Source: a virus
Taxonomy: Duplodnaviria > Caudoviricetes
Length of the DNA: 26,019 nt
Reading direction: 5' to 3' (one strand)
Virus record (IMG/VR): IMGVR_UViG_3300042901_002923
Location: 1-26,019 of that record
Part shown: piece by piece, positions 1 to 8,131 of the stretch
How positions within the stretch are numbered: the stretch's first letter is position 1
How the letters are laid out: each line of letters opens with the position of its first letter
Made by a program: the position numbers and the translations under genes
The notes under the pieces: model-generated
What the model was told of the DNA's origin: nothing
What the model saw: only the letters and a program-made list of their open reading frames with translations
The model's database searches: none

Positions 1-11
1 TGAAAGATACT

Positions 12-407
12 TTAGTTTGACTCATAATTTTCTATTTTTGGTGGTCCACCAATACTATTGAAGCCACCGTCTCTGATAAAATTTATACCTATAGCTCTTT
101 CGATTTGAGGAGCTTCAGGGTCTTTATCATTAAATATAACACGAGTACCTCTTCCACAATTCATAACCAATTGATGATATTTCAAACCAATTTTCTCTAA
201 TTCCTGTTTTGTGAATAATTCATAGGTTGAGGGCCGTGCGGTAGTGATGATTATTACTGCACCTGAATCAAACTGACTATTGAGATAGTCGATTACATCT
301 TGAATAGGTTCAAGGGTAGATTCGAATAATTTACTGAATTTTCGGTACTTTACTATGGTACCATCTATATCAACAAAAAAAGTAGGGTTTTTTATAATTT
401 TATTCAT
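12..407 (-). CDS. HAD-superfamily phosphatase (polynucleotide kinase 3'-phosphatase-like domain)
   Basis: Motif I FFVDIDGT near the N-terminus, motif II ITTAR, C-terminal IFNDK; 131 aa capless HAD size. Confidence 0.75.
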   Translation of the reverse strand: MNKIIKNPTFFVDIDGTIVKYRKFSKLFESTLEPIQDVIDYLNSQFDSGAVIIITTARPSTYELFTKQELEKIGLKYHQLVMNCGRGTRVIFNDKDPEAPQIERAIGINFIRDGGFNSIGGPPKIENYESN

Positions 408-489
408 AAGTAAGTTTGTAGTGAATAATCAAAATGTGATATTATCATTATATTGCTCCCAATCGGAACTCCCATTGAAAATATTTTCA

Positions 490-711
490 TCATTTGTTTT
501 TTTCCCTTTTTTCTTCGAACTGAACAGATTCGAAATTAATTTTATTAAGTTCATCAATCGATATTTCATTATTTTTCCAATTTTTCCAATTATCAAAATC
601 TTTTAAATCTTCTAATGTTTTTTCATGAACCAAAACAAAACCTTCGGGAGCACATCCTTCAAATTTGGTCTTTAATCCTTTTTCTTTCAGTAATTTTTTT
701 AAATCAATCAT
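490..711 (-). CDS. Small hypothetical protein
   Basis: 73-aa ORF; TAATTTTG (TAnnTTTG) lies 5 nt upstream of the ATG. Confidence 0.6.
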   Translation of the reverse strand: MIDLKKLLKEKGLKTKFEGCAPEGFVLVHEKTLEDLKDFDNWKNWKNNEISIDELNKINFESVQFEEKREKNK

Positions 712-716
712 TGTGC

Positions 717-724
717 CAAAATTA
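717..724 (-). promoter_or_regulatory. Bacteroidota-type -7 promoter element TAATTTTG
   Basis: Matches TAnnTTTG just upstream of the ATG at 711. Confidence 0.5.
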
Positions 725-785
725 AAGTATTTATTTTAGAAAACAAAGTCTTAGGACATAAACTTTAAATAATAATTCATGGGAG

Positions 786-1010
786 ATGGTGAGAAAAATA
801 TCCACTTGGAAAAACACACTCCAAGACAATCTATCTCAAGTGTTTCTAATGTTAGCACTTTTCTTCAATCCATTTGGATTCGATGCCGTGCAATATTCCC
901 TGATATTACTGACAGGAAGTTTATGGAGAGCGAATTTCGTTTTGTATTGTATTGCGGGCTTATTTTTTGGTTTATATATCTACTTTCGAAAATTATCTAA
1001 AGAGCTCTGA
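786..1010 (+). CDS. Small membrane protein (2 TM)
   Basis: Two hydrophobic stretches (VFLMLALFF..., FVLYCIAGLFFGLYIYF) and a basic C-terminus; TATTTATT at 728-735 upstream. Confidence 0.6.
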   Translation: MVRKISTWKNTLQDNLSQVFLMLALFFNPFGFDAVQYSLILLTGSLWRANFVLYCIAGLFFGLYIYFRKLSKEL

Positions 1011-2475
1011 GTTCACCTTTTTTGAACGGTTCAAAATTACGCCCTTTCTTAATTATAAACTTTGAACCTTCTTTTACGTAATCAATTATACCAGCGTGTT
1101 TTGCCGATGCAAAAAATGATGCGAAATGTCCCCTGAATTGTTTTGATGGATGATAAACATCTGAATAAGAGTGAGCGTATTCTTTTTTCCCATTTACAAC
1201 TCGAGTTTTTAGTTTTCCAATATATTCAAGGAAATCTAATTTGGTTCCATTATCGTAACCTGAATCTAAATAATCAATCAACTTTTTTATCAGCCCTTTG
1301 TTTTTACCAAAAGTATACCCATGATTTATTCTGCTGGCTCTCCATGTTGGACCAGTAATATTTTTTAAAAATTTTTCAAACTCCTCGTTTTCGAAAATTT
1401 TTTTGAAAACTTTTCCTAACAAAATTTTATCAAAATTCAATCGTAATTCTTCAGGAGGGTAGTTAAAATTCATCATTACATCATAACCCCAAGATTCCCA
1501 AAGTTTGAAATCAAATTTTGGTTCTTCATCAGACTCTTCGCTGAATCCAACAGAGGCTCCCCATTGATTACCTTTTTTTAGAGAGTAACTTACGAATACA
1601 TCGTATTCATCGATGACTTCGACATTTAAATAAATTTTTAGTTTACCTACAGCTTTACCCGGCATATCGGATATCAAATCATAACCGTAAATGTCGAGTA
1701 AAATATCTTTATGTACACCATGAAAGTTTCCGTAAACACTGAAGTTATGCCCTTTTTTTTCAAAAACTTTGTTCAATTCTTCAAAGTTTGATTTGGTTTT
1801 TTCTTCACTATGTTCTTTTATTTTTGAATATAATTCAGGAAAATATTCTTTGAAAAGAGTTACAGTATCGCCCCCCAATTGGTGGTCTCGGGAGTCCCAC
1901 CAATTTTCATATCCCGCTTCGTTGATATGAACCGCAACTTTGTAATTTGGTTCATATTCTTTTCCTTTTTTTCTGATGATGTAATATAAACCTTGTTTCC
2001 CGCTCGTGTACCTACGAAAATGGTCTGCATCCTTAACTGTAGTACACCATTTTGTTCCTGAACCATATTTACAAGAAGCCTCTATTGTTTTTGGTACTAA
2101 AACAAGAAAATTATCGTCTTCGTAAATTTTTTCTGTTTGGTTTTCTAATTCCTTTTCCTTCTCTTTTTCTTTAAAGGGCTCTAAAGCTTTTTCTAATTCC
2201 TCAAAACTAAGATATTGATTGATGTCTTTTTTTTCTAATTGTTTTTGATATTTGTCAAAATCTTTGACAAGCTCAACCGCAATTTCAACATTCATATCAA
2301 CATCTGTTTCAGGCTCCAAAACTTTCAAAACCCAATCTGTATATTTGTGATTAAAATCTTGTAAATCTGAAACACCCAAAACAAAATCAATAACCTCGTT
2401 ATCAAATTTTTGGGAATATTTTTTCTTGAGGTCTTCTTTTCTTCCCTCCTTCAATAAAATATCAACAAACTTCAT
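997..2475 (-). CDS. Hypothetical phage protein with ASCKYGSGTKWCT motif
   Basis: 492-aa ORF; GTKWC-type motif I recognise from large-phage hypotheticals; TATTTATA 4 nt upstream of the ATG. Confidence 0.75.
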   Translation of the reverse strand: MKFVDILLKEGRKEDLKKKYSQKFDNEVIDFVLGVSDLQDFNHKYTDWVLKVLEPETDVDMNVEIAVELVKDFDKYQKQLEKKDINQYLSFEELEKALEPFKEKEKEKELENQTEKIYEDDNFLVLVPKTIEASCKYGSGTKWCTTVKDADHFRRYTSGKQGLYYIIRKKGKEYEPNYKVAVHINEAGYENWWDSRDHQLGGDTVTLFKEYFPELYSKIKEHSEEKTKSNFEELNKVFEKKGHNFSVYGNFHGVHKDILLDIYGYDLISDMPGKAVGKLKIYLNVEVIDEYDVFVSYSLKKGNQWGASVGFSEESDEEPKFDFKLWESWGYDVMMNFNYPPEELRLNFDKILLGKVFKKIFENEEFEKFLKNITGPTWRASRINHGYTFGKNKGLIKKLIDYLDSGYDNGTKLDFLEYIGKLKTRVVNGKKEYAHSYSDVYHPSKQFRGHFASFFASAKHAGIIDYVKEGSKFIIKKGRNFEPFKKGELRAL

Positions 2476-2490
2476 ATGGTATAAATATAC

Positions 2491-2517
2491 AAAAAGGGAG
2501 ATATAAATCTCCCCTTT
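2491..2517 (-). terminator. Intrinsic terminator after tRNA-Arg
   Basis: GGGAGAT-N4-ATCTCCC hairpin followed by a U-tract on the - strand. Confidence 0.7.
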
Positions 2518-2521
2518 GATA

Positions 2522-2596
2522 TGGTAGTCCCGAGAGGAATCGAACCTCTATGTACAGATTAGAAATCTGTCATTCTATCCGTTGAATTACGGGACC
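2522..2596 (-). tRNA. tRNA-Arg(UCU), CCA encoded
   Basis: Minus strand GGTCCCG...ACAGA-TTTCTAA-TCTGT...AGAGG-TTCGATT-CCTCT-CGGGACT-A-CCA; 75-nt cloverleaf, anticodon TCT. Confidence 0.95.
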
Positions 2597-2602
2597 ATAT
2601 TT

Positions 2603-2953
2603 TTACTTCCAAAACAATTGAATCAAAAGTATAACAAAACTTAGAGACAAACAAATTAAAGTTTTTGTTGTCATCGGTTCTTTTAGAATAAGCCATGCCA
2701 TGAAACTAAATACAATAACACCAATACTGAATCCTATAATACGATTAGGCCAAGTTTCACCGTTATATAGGCTTACCATTTCTCTACTTGCTAAAATTAC
2801 CAAATATCCGACAGGTACCCCGAGTAAGGTCATAATAAATGGATTGTTTTTAATCCATTTACTCCAAAGATGTCCTTGAAGTTGATAGAATGTAAACGCT
2901 TGAGAAAAAAGATAAACTGTCAGAATAAAAATAATTGAGCCTAATTTGTTCAT
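2603..2953 (-). CDS. 4-TM membrane protein, DMT/SMR-like
   Basis: Four hydrophobic segments and a LKEP...LxL C-terminal pattern. Start revised to ATG 2953 (MNKLGS) because TATCTTTG lies 7 nt upstream and the ORF-track start falls in a terminator. Confidence 0.65.
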   Translation of the reverse strand: MNKLGSIIFILTVYLFSQAFTFYQLQGHLWSKWIKNNPFIMTLLGVPVGYLVILASREMVSLYNGETWPNRIIGFSIGVIVFSFMAWLILKEPMTTKTLICLSLSFVILLIQLFWK

Positions 2954-2960
2954 TGTGTAA

Positions 2961-2968
2961 CAAAGATA
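2961..2968 (-). promoter_or_regulatory. Bacteroidota-type -7 element TATCTTTG
   Basis: TAnnTTTG between a terminator and an ATG. Confidence 0.6.
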
Positions 2969-2983
2969 GTAATTTTTTGTTAC

Positions 2984-3013
2984 AAAAAAAACCCCCACCG
3001 TGAAGTGAGGGTT
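2984..3013 (-). terminator. Intrinsic terminator
   Basis: Minus strand AACCCTCAC-loop-GTGGGGGTT followed by a long U-tract. Confidence 0.75.
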
Positions 3014-3017
3014 AAAT

Positions 3018-3158
3018 TCATTTATTTGACCATCCGTCTATTAAACCTTGTTTGATATCTTTCCAATCAATTATCAAGTAGGTAATAACTATAACACATA
3101 GAATTGTCCATTTGTGTTTAATAACGAGTGTTTCAATATCTTTTAGTAATTCTTTCAT
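3018..3158 (-). CDS. Unannotated 46-aa single-TM protein (MKELLKDIETLVIKHKWTILCVIVITYLIIDWKDIKQGLIDGWSNK)
   Basis: ATG overlaps the PspC stop (ATGA); one hydrophobic helix; ends immediately before the terminator. Confidence 0.7.
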   Translation of the reverse strand: MKELLKDIETLVIKHKWTILCVIVITYLIIDWKDIKQGLIDGWSNK

Positions 3159-3358
3159 ATTTTTTGTCCTATAAGTGAGTTATCTTTAGGTATTACTAAC
3201 CAAGCTAATAAATAAAATAAAATAATTGGTATTGGTGCAAATATTAAAGCTAAAAATATCAATCTCCAAAGTGTAGAGTCTATATTTGTATACTCACCGA
3301 GTCCACCACAAATTCCTGCAATTTTTTTATCTATCTGACTTCTAAATAATTTTCTCAT
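3155..3358 (-). CDS. pspC: PspC domain protein
   Basis: Classic PspC pattern KLFRS..DKKIAGICGGLGEY..ID.T.WRL...YLLAWLVIP. Confidence 0.9.
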   Translation of the reverse strand: MRKLFRSQIDKKIAGICGGLGEYTNIDSTLWRLIFLALIFAPIPIILFYLLAWLVIPKDNSLIGQKI

Positions 3359-3376
3359 AATGTCTTTTTTTATGTT

Positions 3377-3985
3377 TTATTTCTTTTTCTTTAGTTCACT
3401 CAGTGCGTTTACAGGAATAATTGTTCCTACAGGATATGAAGACCCCACAGGTGCCTGAGTTACAGATGTTTCACCTGGATGAGCTCGTAATGCTCTTCTC
3501 ATCGGAAACGCTAATTCATTAAGTGGACCAAAACATTCTGCAAGTGTTACACCGTTAACCTTATTAGGTAATACAACACAAGGCATACACCACATATTAC
3601 TCATTCCACCTTTAGGTCCTTTAGATATTACGAATGTTCTATTTACCGTTGGTAAATTTTCCCAAGTTGGAGCTTGAGGGACACTGTCATAATACCAAAA
3701 ATAAGACCAAACAGTTTTATCTGTTCCATCAGGTGTAAGTGAAGGATTCGGAACCAAGATTTTGTTTGCTACTGAAGGACCATCCATAACAGGACAAACC
3801 GCAACACCCTCTAAGAACTTTTTACCTTCCACAGTAATAGTTTTACCCGTTGCCTTAGCAGAAGAAGCCCCACAAAAAGCAAATTTTCCCTCAACAATTG
3901 TGAGTGCTTTCCCTCTATGAAGTTTCTGAGTGAATGATGTTGTTCCTAATCCCAACATCGCAAGTAGTAATAGTAGTTTTTTCAT
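3377..3985 (-). CDS. Secreted Cys-containing hypothetical protein
   Basis: Signal peptide MKKLLLLLAMLGLG; TATTTATA at 3998-4005. Confidence 0.7.
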   Translation of the reverse strand: MKKLLLLLAMLGLGTTSFTQKLHRGKALTIVEGKFAFCGASSAKATGKTITVEGKKFLEGVAVCPVMDGPSVANKILVPNPSLTPDGTDKTVWSYFWYYDSVPQAPTWENLPTVNRTFVISKGPKGGMSNMWCMPCVVLPNKVNGVTLAECFGPLNELAFPMRRALRAHPGETSVTQAPVGSSYPVGTIIPVNALSELKKKK

Positions 3986-4006
3986 AATATATTTTATTAT
4001 AAATAT

Positions 4007-4036
4007 AAAACCCCCACCATAAGGTGAGGGTTTTTT
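4007..4036 (-). terminator. Intrinsic terminator after the TBDR-lipoprotein operon
   Basis: AAAACCCCCACC-ATAA-GGTGAGGGTTTT hairpin right after the lipoprotein stop. Confidence 0.75.
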
Positions 4037-5242
4037 TTAATTACCCTTCAGTGGAAATCGTGTCCACCCTTGTGTCCAATTCGGGGTTGTCAAAACTTGT
4101 AGTTCCGAAATTGAAAAGGTTTTCTCAATATTACCTTGAGATAACGCTTTGGTTTTCATATCTGATGAAGTAAATAATGTAGATGTTGATTTGAAATTTA
4201 GAGTTGGGTCAAATGAACCAATCTGATTATTTTCAAACTTTGAAATATTATCTTTGTAAAACGTTGCTGTTTCATTCGATTCAAGTGAAAACGCACCTTT
4301 CATATGACCAGCAATCACTGAATTTGTAATAGTGAATTGCGTTGCTCTCCTCCATCTTAAACCCAAATTATGGTTAGTCAGTGAACCTGTTTCATTCGGA
4401 CCAACAATAACCATATTGGATAATTTTGGGTGTGTAAAAGGTTGTGCGGATGAACCTGTTCCATCATTATCACATTCTACGCCATTTCCCGCATCCCCAT
4501 TATCTACAAATTGTGGGTCTCTTTTTGCAATACTAAAAGAAACTGACCCTCTATAACCGAAGTCAAAATCAAAATCGTCATCAGCTGTTGCAAACGCGTA
4601 TAAGTTTTTTGCGTTTACTGTTCCGCCGAAGAATTCAAACGCGTCATCATTTGCATAAATTGTCTGAACATTTTCGATTACAGTACCACTTCCCACTCCT
4701 CCGAGAGTCAATGCATTTATCTCTGAATTTGGGAGTGCCGCTATTCCTGCATATTCAATTCTAACATATTTTAGAACCCCACTGTTGTCCAAATCATTTG
4801 TACCACCATAAGGTCTACCAATTCCACCTTCTATCGTAGGTTCGGAACTTCTGTTGGTTGTTGCTCTACCCAAGATGACAATTCCACCCCAATCGCCAGG
4901 TGCTCTTTGTCCTTCAGGTTTTCCTGAGGTAAAAACAATAGGTTTCAGTTGAGTTCCCTCAGCCAAAATCTGTGCTCCTCTTTCAATACACAGAGCCCCT
5001 TTTTCTGCTATGTCAGAAATTATTTTTGTACCTGGTTGAATAATCAACTTTGCACCATCTGTGATGTAAACATAACCTTTGAGTGTCCATACTTTGTCTG
5101 ATGTCAGTGTTGTGGTTGAGTTGATTGAACCAGTGAGTGTTGTGGAAGAGGGAACGTTAATTGGTCCATCACCACCGCCAAGATTTTTTTCACAACTTGT
5201 AAAAAGGAGTGAGATTGCTAAAACCGATAAAAATTTTTTCAT
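4037..5242 (-). CDS. Lipoprotein, beta-helix-like TBDR partner
   Basis: Lipobox LLFTS-C17; motifs PIVFTS, GDWGGIVILG, DNSGVLKYVRIEYAG, DDAFEFFGG, DDDFDFDFG; ATGA overlap with the TBDR stop. Confidence 0.8.
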   Translation of the reverse strand: MKKFLSVLAISLLFTSCEKNLGGGDGPINVPSSTTLTGSINSTTTLTSDKVWTLKGYVYITDGAKLIIQPGTKIISDIAEKGALCIERGAQILAEGTQLKPIVFTSGKPEGQRAPGDWGGIVILGRATTNRSSEPTIEGGIGRPYGGTNDLDNSGVLKYVRIEYAGIAALPNSEINALTLGGVGSGTVIENVQTIYANDDAFEFFGGTVNAKNLYAFATADDDFDFDFGYRGSVSFSIAKRDPQFVDNGDAGNGVECDNDGTGSSAQPFTHPKLSNMVIVGPNETGSLTNHNLGLRWRRATQFTITNSVIAGHMKGAFSLESNETATFYKDNISKFENNQIGSFDPTLNFKSTSTLFTSSDMKTKALSQGNIEKTFSISELQVLTTPNWTQGWTRFPLKGN

Positions 5243-7491
5243 AAATTTAAATTTAATGAAGCTGAAAGAGTTTGTTCATTATTTGTTTTTATTAACTCTC
5301 TCGTGTTTATTTTTTGATAATATACCGACGGTTGTGCAAGTAAGTCACCAACCGAAAGTTTGATTTCACCTTTGTTGAATTTTTTTAAGAAAACAAAATC
5401 AATTATATCTCTCGAATTTTCGAATATGTCAGGATATCCTTGGAATCCGACTGCGGATATTCTATCACCAACTCTATTGTATGAGATACTGAATGTGTTA
5501 TTTTTCTTATGAATATTCAATCCCCCGTTGAGAACATAATTTGATTGTCCCTGAAGTTGTCTCGAATATCCGTTCACATTTACCTTCGAACCCGAAAAAA
5601 ATGAGTTTGTGTACAGGTCTAACCATTTTGTTATTTTCTTTCTAATTTCAAATTCAACACCGTATACATTTGCATTTTTGGGATTCATAAAAGTTAGAAG
5701 TAGATTTGATGGAACAGAACCATCAGCAACAACTTGTTCAATAGGTCTGATAAATTTTTTTCCAAAAAGTGCAATTGATAAGTTTTCTCCTACTTTGGGA
5801 TAAATTTCATATTTTAAATCAAGGTTGTAGATATCAGTTTTCTCAAGGGTTGGATTACCAAGAATTTGTGCGTTTCTAATAAAGTCATAATATGCAAAAT
5901 TTGCAACTTCTCTGAATTCAGGTCTTGATAAAGTTTTAGAACTTGAAACTCTCAATTTTGTTTTGTCCCAACTGTAAGATAAGTTTATGGAAGGTAATAA
6001 ATCAAAATATGTTCTGTTTACGTTGACCTTTTGACCACTAAAGTCTGATGTGTTTACATCAAACAGATTATACTCCGTTCTAAAACCACCATTTATTTTA
6101 AATTTTTTGTAAGTTTTATCAATTTGAACATATCCACTTCCCAAGTCAAAATCCGCTTTGTATCTGTCTGTGTTATTTGTTATTTCGTTGAGTAAGTCCA
6201 AAGCATCGTATCTGAAAATTCTTGCTTGAAAATTTCTCATTTTTTTAAGATAAGAACCACCAATTTTTACAGCTCCGAAATCTTTATTTATTGACCCGTT
6301 AAATGAGTTTTCATTCATTACAGACCAAAATCTATAAGTGTCCCTCCAAGCTGTAGTGTAAGTAGAGTTCGAGCCAAGTGATTTTGTTATTGGATTCACC
6401 CTATAATCAGGTTGGTCTCTCAACATCAAATTCCAACCTAAATTGAAATCAAGTGTTTTTATCTTTCCCTCAACCTGTGAATTAACAACTGTTTTGATGA
6501 TGTTGTTTGATGAGTTACTTCTTACGTCCTGAACGTTATCATAGTTTTCACCTTCCCTTGTGAGGTATGAGTTTTCAATTTGATGGTTGAATAGAGTTTT
6601 CCAAGAATATTTCGATTCACCCAAGTAAGTCAAATTCAGTAAACCATTTACTAATAAAATTTGGGTAAACAACGTGTCTCTATATTTGTATGCAAGTTCT
6701 GTTGATGATTGATAATCTTGTCTATCAATATAGTTGACGGTATAGTTCTTTCTTGAACTAGCAGATGTTAAAAGAGACCACTTACTTTTTTTCAAACCGA
6801 ATGAAAGATTACCGTTCAAGTTGGGGAGTGAATTCAAAATTTTATAAGGGGGTTGACTCAGTAACTTTGTGAAAGTTCTTCTATCTCCATTTGTTCCAGT
6901 TCTGAAAACGTATGTTGATGGAAAATTCTGTGGGAAGAGAATATAATCCACCGATTTGAAATTTCGAAACGTTGAAACGGTCCCGAAACTTACTCCGAGA
7001 CCCATTGAAAAAAAATTGTTTGATACTTCTTTTGTTGTAATCTGCACCACACCTCCACCAAAATCACCAGGTAAAGATGGCAATGCAGATTTGGAAACCA
7101 TAACGTTATCAATCAAAGATGCGGGAATTATATCAAACGAAAAAGCCCTCCTGTCAGGTTCCGTTGATGGTAAGATGGTTTTGTTAAGAGTTGCTGAATT
7201 GTATCTATCAGATAATCCCCTTACCAAAACAAATTTATCATTTTGTATGGTTACACCATTTACTCTTTTTAGTGCGTCACCAACAGTTCTATCAGGTGTT
7301 TTTTTTATTGATTCACTTGAAAGTCCATCTGATACAACTACATTATTTCTTACAGAATTTATAATCGAAACAGTTGTTTCTTTTTTAATTGCCGAGCGAA
7401 TTTTGACCTCGGACATTGTTTTGTTGAATAATGTATCTTGAGAATGACCGAAAGTTGGTATTAAAAGACACAAAATAATTTTTTTAATCAA
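5239..7491 (-). CDS. TonB-dependent outer-membrane receptor
   Basis: Signal peptide; plug motifs (DALKRVNGV, VRGLSDRYN, GDFGGGVVQITTK); barrel motifs (LSRPEFRE, GNPTLEKT, NVYGVEFE); C-terminal beta-signal ASLNLNL; TTG start. Confidence 0.9.
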   Translation of the reverse strand: MIKKIILCLLIPTFGHSQDTLFNKTMSEVKIRSAIKKETTVSIINSVRNNVVVSDGLSSESIKKTPDRTVGDALKRVNGVTIQNDKFVLVRGLSDRYNSATLNKTILPSTEPDRRAFSFDIIPASLIDNVMVSKSALPSLPGDFGGGVVQITTKEVSNNFFSMGLGVSFGTVSTFRNFKSVDYILFPQNFPSTYVFRTGTNGDRRTFTKLLSQPPYKILNSLPNLNGNLSFGLKKSKWSLLTSASSRKNYTVNYIDRQDYQSSTELAYKYRDTLFTQILLVNGLLNLTYLGESKYSWKTLFNHQIENSYLTREGENYDNVQDVRSNSSNNIIKTVVNSQVEGKIKTLDFNLGWNLMLRDQPDYRVNPITKSLGSNSTYTTAWRDTYRFWSVMNENSFNGSINKDFGAVKIGGSYLKKMRNFQARIFRYDALDLLNEITNNTDRYKADFDLGSGYVQIDKTYKKFKINGGFRTEYNLFDVNTSDFSGQKVNVNRTYFDLLPSINLSYSWDKTKLRVSSSKTLSRPEFREVANFAYYDFIRNAQILGNPTLEKTDIYNLDLKYEIYPKVGENLSIALFGKKFIRPIEQVVADGSVPSNLLLTFMNPKNANVYGVEFEIRKKITKWLDLYTNSFFSGSKVNVNGYSRQLQGQSNYVLNGGLNIHKKNNTFSISYNRVGDRISAVGFQGYPDIFENSRDIIDFVFLKKFNKGEIKLSVGDLLAQPSVYYQKINTRELIKTNNEQTLSASLNLNL

Positions 7492-7561
7492 GGTTTACAA
7501 GTTTTGACAACAATAATTAGAAAAGCATTGTCGTATAACTTGTTTTTATTGATTAAGGTTG

Positions 7562-7594
7562 TGTTATTAAAATGTTATTAAAATGTTATTAAAA
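7562..7594. repeat. Three perfect 11-bp direct repeats TGTTATTAAAA (putative PhoB/OmpR-type box)
   Basis: Copies at 7562, 7573 and 7584, about 70 nt upstream of the TBDR start. Confidence 0.8.
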
Positions 7595-7615
7595 AACCCC
7601 TCGAATTGAGGGGTT
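7591..7615 (-). terminator. Intrinsic terminator
   Basis: AACCCCTC-GAATT-GAGGGGTT with a U-tract on the - strand. Confidence 0.75.
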
Positions 7616-7619
7616 ATTA

Positions 7620-7946
7620 TTATAATTTGTTGTGTCTTGGACCTCTGTGTGGTCGTGGATTATTAGTTTGACATCTTTGACAACAATTTTGTTGTGTGAA
7701 ACGGGCCTGTCTAAATCTTTGGGCCTGTCTCATTTGTTGCATTCTTTTGAATTGTTCCTCAGACATCGTAATTATGACTTTACCGTCTTTCTTTTCAATC
7801 ATAGGTCTTTCTATTCCAAATCTTTGTTGATGGTCTACAAAGTCTCTAAATTGATTAGGTAGTGGTCTTTGAGGATTTGAAGGTGGTTGTGCGTCGATTA
7901 TAAGTGAAACACAAGCAGTGATTAGAAATGAAATAATTTTTTTCAT
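7620..7946 (-). CDS. Secreted Gln/Arg-rich hypothetical protein
   Basis: Signal peptide ending IDA-Q; CCxxC near the C-terminus; flanked by a promoter motif and a terminator. Confidence 0.7.
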   Translation of the reverse strand: MKKIISFLITACVSLIIDAQPPSNPQRPLPNQFRDFVDHQQRFGIERPMIEKKDGKVIITMSEEQFKRMQQMRQAQRFRQARFTQQNCCQRCQTNNPRPHRGPRHNKL

Positions 7947-7968
7947 AAAAATTTTTTTAAATAAATAT

Positions 7969-7998
7969 AAAAAACCCCCGATTTCTCGAGGGTTTTTT
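7969..7998 (-). terminator. Intrinsic terminator
   Basis: AAAAAACCCCCGA-TTTC-TCGAGGGTTTTTT. Confidence 0.75.
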
Positions 7999-8000
7999 AG

Positions 8001-8108
8001 TTACTTCTTCAATTTTCCAAGAAGATTTTTGATATGTGGTCCCACCACAACACCAATTACTAAACCAGCCCAAAAAGGCCAGTTCATTAAAAATTCAAAA
8101 TTTTCCAT
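8001..8108 (-). CDS. Unannotated 35-aa single-TM protein (MENFEFLMNWPFWAGLVIGVVVGPHIKNLLGKLKK)
   Basis: Fills the gap between the beta-barrel gene and the terminator; GxxxG-containing TM helix and basic tail; alternative ATG at 8114. Confidence 0.7.
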   Translation of the reverse strand: MENFEFLMNWPFWAGLVIGVVVGPHIKNLLGKLKK

Positions 8109-8131
8109 ATGCATTTTGATTTTTTTGACTT

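Noticed and set aside
779-1000. Alternative-frame ORF overlapping 786-1010
   Set aside because: The 786 frame has the more coherent 2-TM pattern; not fully excluded
2954-2998. ORF-track start of the DMT-like gene
   Set aside because: Falls within the terminator and promoter; ATG 2953 is preferred
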